Shown here: in pieces, positions 27,701-40,300 of the stretch
Numbering within the stretch: position 1 is the first letter of the stretch
How the letters are laid out: each line of letters opens with the position of its first letter
Assembly: GCA_964016885.1 (NCBI GenBank)
Contig: OZ024747.1
Coordinates: 26,536,001 to 26,600,000 of the forward strand
Length of the DNA: 64,000 nt
Direction of reading: 5' to 3'
Source: Eledone cirrhosa
Taxonomy: Eukaryota
Program-made: the position numbers and the translations under genes
Notes under the pieces: model-generated
What the model was told of the DNA's origin: nothing
Seen by the model: the letters and a program-made list of their open reading frames with translations, nothing else
The model's database searches: none

Positions 27701-30700
27701 CTACAGACCTTACTGTCACATCACTTCACCACCACCTCCTTCTCTCTACAGACCTTACTGTCACATCACTTCACCACCACCCCCTTCTCTCTACAGACCT
27801 TTGGCCACATCACTTCACCACCACCGCCTTCTCTCTACAGACCTTACTGTCACATCACTTCACCACCACCCCCTTCTCTATACAGACCTTTGGCCACATC
27901 ACTTCACCACCACCCCCTTCTCTCTACAGACCTTACTGTCACATCACTTCACCACCACCCCCTTCTCTCTACAGACCTTACTGTCACATCACTTCACCAC
28001 CACCCCCTTCTCTCTACAGACCTTTGGCCACATCACTTCACCACCACCCCCTTCTCTCTACAGACCTTACTGCCACATCACTTCACCACCACCCCCTTCT
28101 CTCTACAGACCATACTGTCACATCACTTCACCACCACCCCCTTCTCTCTACAGACCTTACTGTCACATCACTTCACCACCACCCCCTTCTCTCTACAGAC
28201 CTTACTGTGATATCACTTCACCACCACCCCCTTCTCTCTACAGACCTTACTGTCACATCACTTCACCACCACCCCCTTCTCTCTACAGACCTTACTGTGA
28301 TATCACTTCACCACCACCCCCTTCTCTCTACAGAACTTACTGTCACATCACTTCACCACCACCCCCTTCTCTCTACAGACCTTTGGCCACATCACTTCAC
28401 CACCACCCCCTTCTCTCTACAGACCTTACTGCCACATCACTTCACCACCACCCCCTTCTCTCTACAGACCATACTGTCACATCACTTCACCACCACCCCC
28501 TTCTCTCTACAGACCTTACTGTCACATCACTTCACCACCACCCCCTTCTCTCTACAGACCATACTGTCACATCACTTCACCACCACCCCCTTCTCTCTAC
28601 AGACCTTACTGTCACATCACTTCACCACCACCCCCATCTCTCTACAGACCTTACTGCCACATCACTTCCCCACCACCCCCTTCTCTCTACAGACCTTACT
28701 GCCACATCACTTCCCCACCACCCCCTTCTCTCTACAGACCTTACTGTCACATCACTTCCCCACCACCCCCTTCGCTCTACAGACCGTACTGTCACATCAC
28801 TTCACCACCACCCCCTTCTCTATACAGAGCTTACTGCCACATCACTCCCCCACCACCCCCTTCTCTCTACAGACCTTACTGTCACATCACTTCACCACCA
28901 CCCCCTTCGCTCTACAGACCTTACTGCCACATCACTTCACCACCACCCCCTTCTCTCTACAGACCTTACTGCCACATCACTTCACCACCACCCCCTTCTC
29001 TCTACAGACCTTACTGTCACATCACTTCACCACCACCCCCTTCTCTCTACAGACCTTACTGTCACATCACTTCACCACCACCCCCTTCTCTATACAAACC
29101 TTACTGTCACATCACTTCACCACCACCGCCTTCTCTCTACAGACCTTAATGTCACATCACTTCACCACCACCCCCTTCTCTCTACAGACCTTACTGTCAC
29201 ATCACTTCACCACCCCCCCCTTCTCTCTACAGACCTTACTGTCACATCACTTCACCACCACCCCCTTCTCTCTACAGACCTTACTGTCACATCACTTCAC
29301 CACCACCCCCTTCTCTCTACAGACTTTAGTGTCACATCACTTCACCACCACCCCCTTCTCTCTACAGACCTTACTGTCACATCACTTCACCACCACCCCC
29401 TTCTCTATACAGACCTTACTGTCACATCACTTCACCACCACCCCCTTCTCTCTACAGACCTTACTGCCACATCACTCCCCCACCACCCCCTTCTCTCTAC
29501 AGACCTTACTGTCACATCACTTCACCACCACCCCCTTCTCTCTACAGACCTTTGGCCACATCACTTCACCACCACCCCCTTCTCTCTACAGACCTTACTG
29601 CCACATCACTTCCCCACCACCCCCATCTCTCTACAGACCTTACTACCACATCACTTCCCCACCACCCCCTTCTCTCTACAGACCTTACTGCCACATCACT
29701 TCACCACCACCCCCTTCTCTCTACAGACCTTACTGCCACATCACTTCCCCACCACCCCCTCCTCTCTACAGACCTTACTGCCACATCACTTCACCACCAC
29801 CCCCTTCTCTCTACAGACCTTACTGCCACATCACTTCACCAACACCCCCTTCTCTCTACAGACCCTACCGCCACATCACTTCACCACCACCCCCTTCGCT
29901 CTACAGACCTTACTGCCACATCACTTCACCACCACCCTCTTCTCTCTACAGACATTACTGCCACATCACTTCACCACCACCCCCTTCTCTCTACAGCCCC
30001 TACCGCCACATCACTTCACCACCAGCCCCTTCTCTCTACAGACCTTACTGCCACATCACTTCACCACCACCCCCTTCTCTCTACAGACCTTACTGCCACA
30101 GCACTTCACCAGCACCCCCTTCTCTCTACAGACCCTACCGCCACATCACTTCACCAACAGCCCCTTCTCTCTACAGACATTACTGCCACATCATTTCACC
30201 ACCACCCCCTTCTCTCAACAGACCTTACTGCCACATCACTTCACCACCACCCCCTTCTCTCTACAGACCTTACTGCCACATCACTTCACCACCACCCCCT
30301 TCTCTCTACAGACGTTACTGCCACATCACTTCACCACCACCCCCTTCTCTCTACAGACCCTACCGCCACATCACTTCACCACCAGCCCCCTTCTCTCTAC
30401 AGACCTTACTGCCACATCACTTCACTACCACCCCCTTCTCTCTACAGACCCTGCCGCCACATCACTTCACCACCACCCCCTTCTCTCTACAGACCTTACT
30501 GTGATATCACTTCACCACCACCCCCTTCTCTCTACAGACCTTACTGTGATATCACTTCACGACCACCCCCTTCTCTCTACAGACCTTACTGTGATATCAC
30601 TTCACCACCACCCCCTTCTCTCTACAGACCTTACTGCCACATCACTTCCCCACCACCCCCTTCTCTCTACAGACCTTACTGCCACATCACTTCCCCACCA

Positions 30701-33700
30701 CCCCCTTCTCTCTACAGACCTTACTGCCACATCACTTCACCACCACCCCCTTCTCTCTGCAGACCCTGCCGCCACATCACTTCACCACCACCCCCTTCTC
30801 TCTACAGACCTTACTGTGATATCACTTCACCACCACCCCCTTCTCTCTACAGACCTTACTGTGATATCACTTCACCACCACCCCCTTCTCTCTACAGACC
30901 TTACTGTGATATCACTTCACCACCACCCCCTTCTCTCTACAGACCTTACTGTGATATCACTTGCCCACCACCCCTTCTCTCTACAGACCTTACTGCCACA
31001 TCACTTCCCCACCACCCCCTTCTCTCTACAGACCTTACTGCCACATCACTTCCCCACCAGCCCCTTCTCTCTACAGACCTTACTGCCACATCACTTCACC
31101 ACCACCCCCTTCCCTCTACAGACCTTACTGCCACATCACTTCCCCACCACCCCCTTCTCTCTACAGACCTTACTGCCATATCACTTCACCACCACCCCCT
31201 TCTCTCTACAGACCTTACTGCCACATCACTTCACCACCACCCCCTTCTCTCTACAGACCTTACTGCCACATCACTTCACCACCACCCCCTTCGTTCTACA
31301 GACCTTACTGTCACATCACTTCACCACCACCCCCATCTCTCTACAGACCTTTGGCCACATCACTTCCCCACCACCCCCTTCTCTCTACAGACCTTACTGC
31401 CACATCACTTCCCCACCACCCCCTTCTCTCTACAGACCTTACTGTCACATCACTTCACCACCACCCCCTTCTCTCTACAGACCTTACTGTCACATCACTT
31501 CACCACCACCCCCTTCGCTATACAGACCTTACTGTCACATCACTTCACCACCACCCCCTTCTCTCTACAGACCTTTGGCCATATCACTTCACCACCACCC
31601 CCTTGTCTCTACAGACCTTACTGCCACATCACTTCCTCACCACCCCCTTCTCTCTACAGACCTTACTGTCACATCACTTCACCACCACCCTCTTCTCTCT
31701 ACAGACCTTACTGCCACATCACTTCACCACCACCCCCTTCTCTCTACAGACCTTACTGCCACATCACTTCACCACCACCCCCTTCTCTCTACAGACCCTA
31801 CCGCCACATCACTTCACCACCACCCCCTTCTCTCTACAGACCTTACTGCCACATCACTTCCCCACCCCCCCTTCTCTCTACAGACCTTACTGCCACATCA
31901 CTTCACCACCACCCCCTTCTCTCTACAGACCTTACTGTCACATCACTTCACCACCACCCCCTTCTCTCTACAGAGCTTACTGTCACATCACTTCACCACC
32001 ACCCCCTTCTCTCTACAGACCTTTGGCCACATCACTTCACCACCACCCCCTTCTCTCTACAGACCTTACTGTCACATCACTTCACCACCACCCCCTTCTC
32101 TCTACAGACCTTACTGTCACATCACTTCACCACCACCCCCTTCTCTCTACAGACCTTACTGTCACATCACTTCACCACCACCCCCTTCTCTCTACAGACC
32201 TTACTGTCACATCACTTCACCACCACCCCCTTCTCCCTACAGACCTTACTGTCACATCACTTCACCACCACCCCCTTCTCTCTACAGACCTTACTCTCAC
32301 ATCACTTCACCACCACCCCCTTCTCTCTACAGACCTTACTGTCACATCACTTCACCACCACCCCCTTCGCTCTACAGACCTTACTGTCACATCACTTCAC
32401 CACCACCCCCTTCTCTCTACAGACCTTACTGTCACATCACTTCACCACCACCTCCTTCTCTCTACAGACCTTACTGTCACATCACTTCACCACCACCCCC
32501 TTCTCTCTACAGACCTTTGGCCACATCACTTCACCACCACCGCCTTCTCTCTACAGACCTTACTGTCACATCACTTCACCACCACCCCCTTCTCTATACA
32601 GACCTTTGGCCACATCACTTCACCACCACCCCCTTCTCTCTACAGACCTTACTGTCACATCACTTCACCACCACCCCCTTCTCTCTACAGACCTTACTGT
32701 CACATCACTTCACCACCACCCCCTTCTCTCTACAGACCTTTGGCCACATCACTTCACCACCACCCCCTTCTCTCTACAGACCTTACTGCCACATCACTTC
32801 ACCACCACCCCCTTCTCTCTACAGACCATACTGTCACATCACTTCACCACCACCCCCTTCTCTCTACAGACCTTACTGTCACATCACTTCACCACCACCC
32901 CCTTCTCTCTACAGACCTTACTGTGATATCACTTCACCACCACCCCCTTCTCTCTACAGACCTTACTGTCACATCACTTCACCACCACCCCCTTCTCTCT
33001 ACAGACCTTACTGTCACATCACTTCACCACCACCCCCTTCTCTCTACAGACCTTACTGTCACATCACTTCACCACCACCCCCTTCTCTCTACAGACCTTA
33101 CTGTTATATCACTTCACCACCACCCCCTTCTCTCTACAGACCTTACTGTCACATCACTTCACCACCACCCCCTTCTCTCTACAGACCTTTGGCCACATCA
33201 CTTCACCACCACCCCCTTCTCTCTACAGACCTTACTGTCACATCACTTCACCACCACCCCCTTCTCTCTACAGACCTTACTGTGATATCACTTCACCACC
33301 ACCCCCTTCTCTCTACAGAACTTACTGTCACATCACTTCACCACCAACCCCTTCTCTCTACAGACCTTTGGCCACATCACTTCACCACCACCCCCTTCTC
33401 TCTACAGACCTTACTGCCACATCACTTCACCACCCCCCCCTTCTCTCTACAGACCTTACTGCCACATCACTTCCCCACCACCCCCTGCTCTCTACAGACC
33501 TTACTGCCACATCACTTCACCACCACCCCCTTCTCTCTACAGACCCTACCGCCACATCACTTCACCACCACCCCCTTCTCTCTACAGACCCTACCGCCAC
33601 ATCACTTCACCACCACCCCCTTCTCTCTACAGACCCTACCGCCACATCACTTCACCACCACCCCCTTCTCTCTACAGACCTTACTGCCACATCACTTCAC

Positions 33701-35930
33701 CACCACCCCCTTCTCTCTACAGACCTTACTGCCACATCACTTCACCACCACCCCCTTCTCTCTACAGACCTTACTGCCACATCACTTCACCACCACCCCC
33801 TTCTCTCTACAGACCCTACCGCCACATCACTTCACCACCAGCCCCTTCTCTCTACAGACCTTACTGCCACATCACTTCACCACCACCCCCTTCTCTCTAC
33901 AGACCTTACTGACACATCACTTCACCACCACCCCCTTCTCTCTACAGACCCTACCGCCACATCACTTCACCACCACCCCCTTCTCTCTACAGACCCTACC
34001 GCCACATCACTTCACCACCACCCCCTTCTCTCTACAGAGCCTACCGCTACCTCACTTCACCACCACCCCCTTCTCTCTACAGACCCTACCGCCACATCAC
34101 TTCACCACCACCCCCTTCTCTCTACAGACCTTACTGCCACATCACTTCACCACCACCCCCTTCTCTCTACAGACCCTACCGCCACATCACTTCACCACCA
34201 CCCCCTTCTCTCTACAGACCCTACTGCCACATCACTTCCCCACCACCCCCTTCTCTCTCTACAGACCTTACTGCCACATCACTTCACCACCACCCCCTTC
34301 TCTCTACAGACCCTACCGCCACATCACTTCACCACCACCTCCTTCTCTCTCTACAGACCTTACTGCCACATCACTTCCCCACCACCCCCTTCTCTCTCTA
34401 CAGACCCTACTCCCACATCACTTCACCACCACCCCCTTCTCTCTACAGACCCTGCCGCCACATCACTTCCCCCACCACCCCCTTCTCTCTACAGACCTTA
34501 CTGCCACATCACTTCACCACCACCCCCTTCTCTCTACAGACCCTACCGCCACATCACTTCACCACCACCTCCTTCTCTCTCTACAGACCTTACTGCCACA
34601 TCACTTCACCACCACCCCCTTCTCTCTACAGACCCTACCGCCACATCACTTCACCACCACCCCCTTCTCTATACAGACCTTACTGCCACATCACTTCACC
34701 ACCACCCCCTTCTCTCTACAGACCTTTGGCCACATCACTTCACCACCACCCCCTTCTCTCTACAGACCTTACTGCCACATCACTTCACCACCACCCCCTT
34801 CTCTCTACAGACCCTACCGCCACATCACTTCACCACCACCCCCTTCTCTATACAGACCTTACTGCCACATCACTTCACCACCACCCCCTTCTCTCTACAG
34901 ACCTTTGGCCACATCACTTCACCACCACCCCCTTCTCTCTACAGACCTTACTGCCACATCACTTCACCACCACCCCCTTCTCTCTACAGACCCTACCGCC
35001 ACATCACTTCACCACCACCCCCTTCTCTATACAGACCTTACTGCCACATCACTTCACCACCACCCCCTTCTCTCTACAGACCTTTGGCCACATCACTTCA
35101 CCACCACCCCCTTCTCTCTACAGACCTTACTGTGATATCACTTCACCACCACCCCCTTCTCTCTACAGACCTTACTGCCACATCACTTCACCACCACCCC
35201 CTTCTCTCTACAGACCCTGCCGCCACATCACTTCCCCACCACTCCCTTCTCTCTACAGACCTTACTGCCACATCACTTCACCACCACCCCCTTCTCTCTA
35301 CAGACCCTGCCGCCACATCACTTCCCCACCACTCCCTTCTCTCTACAGACCTTACTGTCACATCACTTCACCACCACCCCCTTCTCTCTACAGACCCTGC
35401 CGCCACATCACTTCCCCCCACCACCCCCTTCTCTCTACAGACCTTACTGTCACATCACTTCCCCACCACTCCCTTCTCTCTACAGACCCTGCCGCCACAT
35501 CACTTCCCCACCACTCCCTTCTCTCTACAGACCCTGCCGCCACATCACTTCACCACCATTCCCTTCTGTCTACAGACCTTACTGCCACATCACTTCACCA
35601 CCACCCCCTTCTCTCTACAGACCCTGCCGCCACATCACTTCCCCACCACTCCCTTCTCTCTACAGACCTTACTGTCACATCACTTCACCACCACCCCCTT
35701 CTCTCTACAGACCCTGCCGCCACATCACTTCCCCCCACCACCCCCTTCTCTCTACAGACCTTACTGTCACATCACTTCCCCACCACTCCCTTCTCTCTAC
35801 AGACCCTGCCGCCACATCACTTCCCCACCACTCCCTTCTCTCTACAGACCCTGCCGCCACATCACTTCACCACCATTCCCTTCTGTCTACAGACCCTGCC
35901 GCCACATCACTGCACCACCACCCTCTTCTC
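12772..35930 (+). repeat. 45-bp minisatellite array (~23 kb, ~515 units), consensus CTTCTCTCTACAGACCTTACTGCCACATCACTTCACCACCACCCC
   Basis: Continuous tandem repeat with recurrent variants (TGTC/TGCC, CCCTGCC, TGTGATAT, 43-bp CTTTGGCC) and kb-scale higher-order duplications. Confidence 0.99.
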
Positions 35931-36175
35931 GCATTCTTTTACAATCTCAGTTTCGGTTAACCAGATACACACAGACACATACACACACACACACACGCAC
36001 ATACACACATACACACACGAATACACACATACACACACACACAAATACACACACACACTCACACACACATATACACACACACACATACATACACACACAC
36101 ACACACTATAATACTCACACATACACACACACAGAGCCAAGTACAGTGTCACGGACAGGCAGATAGACATACAGA

Positions 36176-37023
36176 TGTACACAGATATACACAGATATAC
36201 ACAGATATACACAGATATACACAGATATACACAAATATACACAAATATACACAGATATACACAGATATACACAGATATACACAAATATACACAAATATAC
36301 ACAGATATACACAGATATACACAGATATACACAAATATACACAAATATACACAGATATACACAGATATACACAAATATACACAAATATACACAGATATAC
36401 ACAGATATACACAGATATACACAGATATACACAAATATACACAAATATACACAGATATACACAGATATACACAGATATAAACAAATATACACAAATATAC
36501 ACAGATATACACAGATATACACAAATATACACAAATATACACAGATATACACAAATATACACAGATATACACAGATATACACAAATATACACAGATATAC
36601 ACTGATATACACAGATATACACAGATATACACAAATATACACAAATATACACAGATATACACAGATATACACAAATATACACAGATATACACAAATATAC
36701 ACAAATATACACAGATATACACAGATATACACAAATATACACAAATATACACAGATATACACAGATATACACAGATATACACAGATATACACAAATATAC
36801 ACAAATATACACAGATATACACAGATATACACAGATATACACAAATATACACAGATATACACAGATATACACAGATATACACAGATATACACAAATATAC
36901 ACAGATATACACAGATATACACAGATATACACAAATATACACAGATATACACAGATATACACAAATATACACAAATATACACAGATATACACAGATATAC
37001 ACAGATATACACAGATATACACA
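36176..37023 (+). repeat. 10-bp tandem repeat ACA(G/A)ATATAC, ~84 units
   Basis: Read directly; preceded by a (CA)n-type tract at 35965-36135. Confidence 0.98.
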
Positions 37024-37383
37024 TGGACGAACAGAGCCATGTAGACAATAAAATAAACCGATAGACAGACAGATACAAGAACAGTTAGACAGAGATGGAC
37101 AGACAGACACATCCTCACAGATAGACAAACACACATACACACAAATAGATAAATTTCTATTTATTTGCCACGAGGGCACAAAAGAAGGGGACATTTACAC
37201 AGTGGGGGAGTTTACATAAATCGAGTAAAGAAAAAAGGAATAACAATAATAATATAACAATAAAAAGTCCTCAAAAGGGAGGGGGCGTGTTGGGGATTGC
37301 ACATACCCCCGAAAAGTGTGCAACTCTTTTCGCGGGGGAAGCCCAGAGAGGAGGCGCTCCCCCTTTCCTCTTCGCTTCTTCAC

Positions 37384-40300
37384 CTACAGAACAATGTAGA
37401 GAGAAGGCCCATTTACACGGGCCATTCTCGCTTCTTTCACCCACCTTTCATAAAACTGTCTGGGACCAAGCACTTCTCTCTCCATCCTGATTCTTCTTCC
37501 GAAGTGGTATCGGAAGAAGTAAACCAGGTGATGGCCGGAGAGAAAGTCACCCGACCTCAGACCTTTCAGGCGCGTCCACCACACAACCTCTTTCATCATG
37601 GCTATTACGCACAGAAAGACCGCCTCTGCTTCATTTCTGAAGGGAGGAGGTGGCTTGATGTTCACCACAGACTCGGCGGTTAATCGAATCGGCGCCACAC
37701 GCGACAGCAGTCGTTCGACGTAGCCCCACAGATCGGCAACGCCCGGGCAGTGTACCAGTGCATGCGCAACGGTTTCCTCGTCGCGCACGCATCTGGGACA
37801 GATCTTTTTCGCGGGATCCCTGCCCGGGCGCCCGTGTCTGTAGAGCTTTTCTCGAACGGGCAGAGCCCCCCGGTAACACTGCCAGGCTAGGGACCTCTGG
37901 AAGTTGTCCATGGGTCCCGGGCCGAAAGTTCTACCGAACAGGCTGGCCAGTTCGTCCTCCTCCATGCCTAGCGACTCTCCAAGGGTGTCGTCGCCCCTGC
38001 TAGCCACCAACCCTCTATAGAATGTCGAGGTGGATTCTCCACTGACAGTCGGGTCCGCTTGCCAGATAGCCGTGAGCGCCTGGGCACACTCGGTGTGCCA
38101 GTTGCCCAGTTTTCTCGGTCTTTGCTTCACCCAGGATTGCAGTTCGGTGAGCGAGACGAGCTGTGGGAAGGCTCGCCTCACAAACGGGGCCCACACCGGC
38201 TGACCGTTGAGGAATACCTGTAGATGCCGTAGCCTCAATGCGTGCCTACGCATCAACAGCCACGGCATACCCAGCCCTCCTTTCGAAGGGTGCTGGCAGC
38301 AGATGGATCTCCTCACCATGGGAGGCCGCTTCTTCCAGAGGAACTGGAAGAGCATGCGTTCCATGATGGTGAGCTTTTCCTTGGGGCAAGGCACGACGGT
38401 CAGGCGGTAGTAGATGACGGACGCTATGTAAGCGTTCGTCACCTCCGCCCGACCTTTCAGTGATAGTTTGCACTTGGCCCACTTCTGGGTCAGCGCAAAC
38501 ACCCTGCTCGTCACCTCGCCCCAATTCTTCTCCACCTGGAGGTCCGGTCCGAACCAGACCCCGAGCAGCTTCACCGGGCCCTCCGTCGACCGCCCGACGA
38601 CACCGTCTAACGGCATCAGTTTGCCCCTCCACGTTCCGAGTTGCAAACCGACTGACTTGTCCTGGTTCAGCTTAGCCCCCGTCAGCCTTTCGTATTCCTC
38701 CAGTAGGGTGGCGATCGCCCCGATTTCCGAGGCGTCCGCCACCATTACTGTTACGTCGTCGGCATAGGCCGAGACCGCTTTGTGCAATCCCGGTTCCAGG
38801 GGTATGCCCCGCAGCAACTCCAACTTCCGCAGCAGTGGCTCGAGAGTCAATACGTACAGAAGGGAGGAGAGGGGGCACCCCTGTCTGATGGATCGGGTGA
38901 TTTGAAACGGCTCTGAGAGGTAGCCGTTTACTTTAATCCTAGAGTAGATCTTGCCACTGTGCATGGCAGAAATCCAGCCCCTGAAAACGGGTCCGAAGCC
39001 CGCCGCCGCTAGCACCGCATCCAGGTAACCATGGTCGACCCTATCGAACGCCTTAGATTGATCCAAGTTGATCAGGGCCCCACCAAAGCCGGGTTCGTAG
39101 CCAACCCTCTCTATGATGTATCGCATGAGGTGGAGGTTGTCGTGAATGGACCTGGACGGGATAGCGCATGTCTGCGCGTCTCCCACCAAACCACCCACCA
39201 CAAGCGCCAACCTCTTCGCCAACACCTTGGCCAAAATCTGTAACTCTGCATTCAGCAGAGTTATGGGCCTAAAGTTACTTAAGTCGTCCCCCTTGCTCTC
39301 GTCCTTCCTCACTAGCGTGACCACGCCCTTGGTTTCAGAACAGGGAATTCTCCCGTTCTGTTGCCAGTTGCAATAGACAGCCTCGAGGAGTTCGGAGAAC
39401 AAGACCGGCATAGCTAAATAAAGTTCGTATGGTAGACCATCGAGAACCGGGGATTTGCGTCTGCTGCATTGGCTGAGCGCTTCCCCGATTTCAGTGGCTG
39501 TGATTGGCCTTTCGCAGCACTCCACTTCGCCGCTCGAAAGACGCGGTAGACCGTCGAGGTATGGACCGAAGTCCACATCCCCGTCCGGCCCCCCGCCACC
39601 TCCGAACAGTCGAGCAAAGTGCCTTTGAAAGGTCTCGCACATTCGCTCAGGTTCAAGGATCACCCGTCCATCCTGGTCTCGCAAAGACCGAATGGTGGAT
39701 TTAATCCCACTCTTGGCTTCTGTCACGCGGGCCCAGCTAACAGCTTTGGTCCCCTCGTTTCCTAAAGCACGTATTTTACTTCGGACAACGCAGCCTTCGT
39801 GCTTCGCGTCAAAGAACTGGCTCAATGCCGTTCTCGTCGCTAACACTCTGGCTACGTCTCCGCTCCTAATCGCCTCTTCTAGTTTATCTGTTAACTCCCT
39901 TTCCCTCCTATTTCTATTCGCCGCTAGTTCCTTACTGTAACCTATCGAACTTACTCTAATCTCTCTCTTTAGAGATATCCACCACCTACTGTTGACGATC
40001 GCTCCCGTCAACCGCATCTTAACTAAGCTACTAATCCGGTTTCTGTAATCTTTCTTTGTCGGTAAGGACAAGTTCATCTTCCAGTAACCGGGACCCTGTC
40101 TATGCGTTCTATCAAGGTTGACCACGCAGGTCACTAATTTGTGATCTGAATAGCCAACCATGATCAGTTCTGGACAACTAAATACGTCCCTATCCTTACT
40201 CCTAACCAAAAACCTATCTAGGTACGATCTAGATTGTCCACTGCGGTTTGCCCAGGTCCAGGTTGGCGCAGTTGGACAATCTAGTCGAAATCTATCGACC

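Noticed and set aside
12772-35930. CRISPR-like array
   Set aside because: Pure tandem repeat with no unique spacers, no cas genes and a eukaryotic context.
12850-36166. Giant ORFs (up to 3762 aa) as genuine mucin, extensin or His-rich protein genes
   Set aside because: They arise in all three frames from a stop-poor 45-bp unit, switch peptide at indels, mostly begin at non-ATG codons and have no signal peptide or unique domain.
37395-37407. 13-nt match CCTTCTCTCTACA between the minisatellite unit and the ORF2 3' end of copy 3
   Set aside because: Short, low complexity, opposite orientation and not extendable; chance is an adequate explanation.
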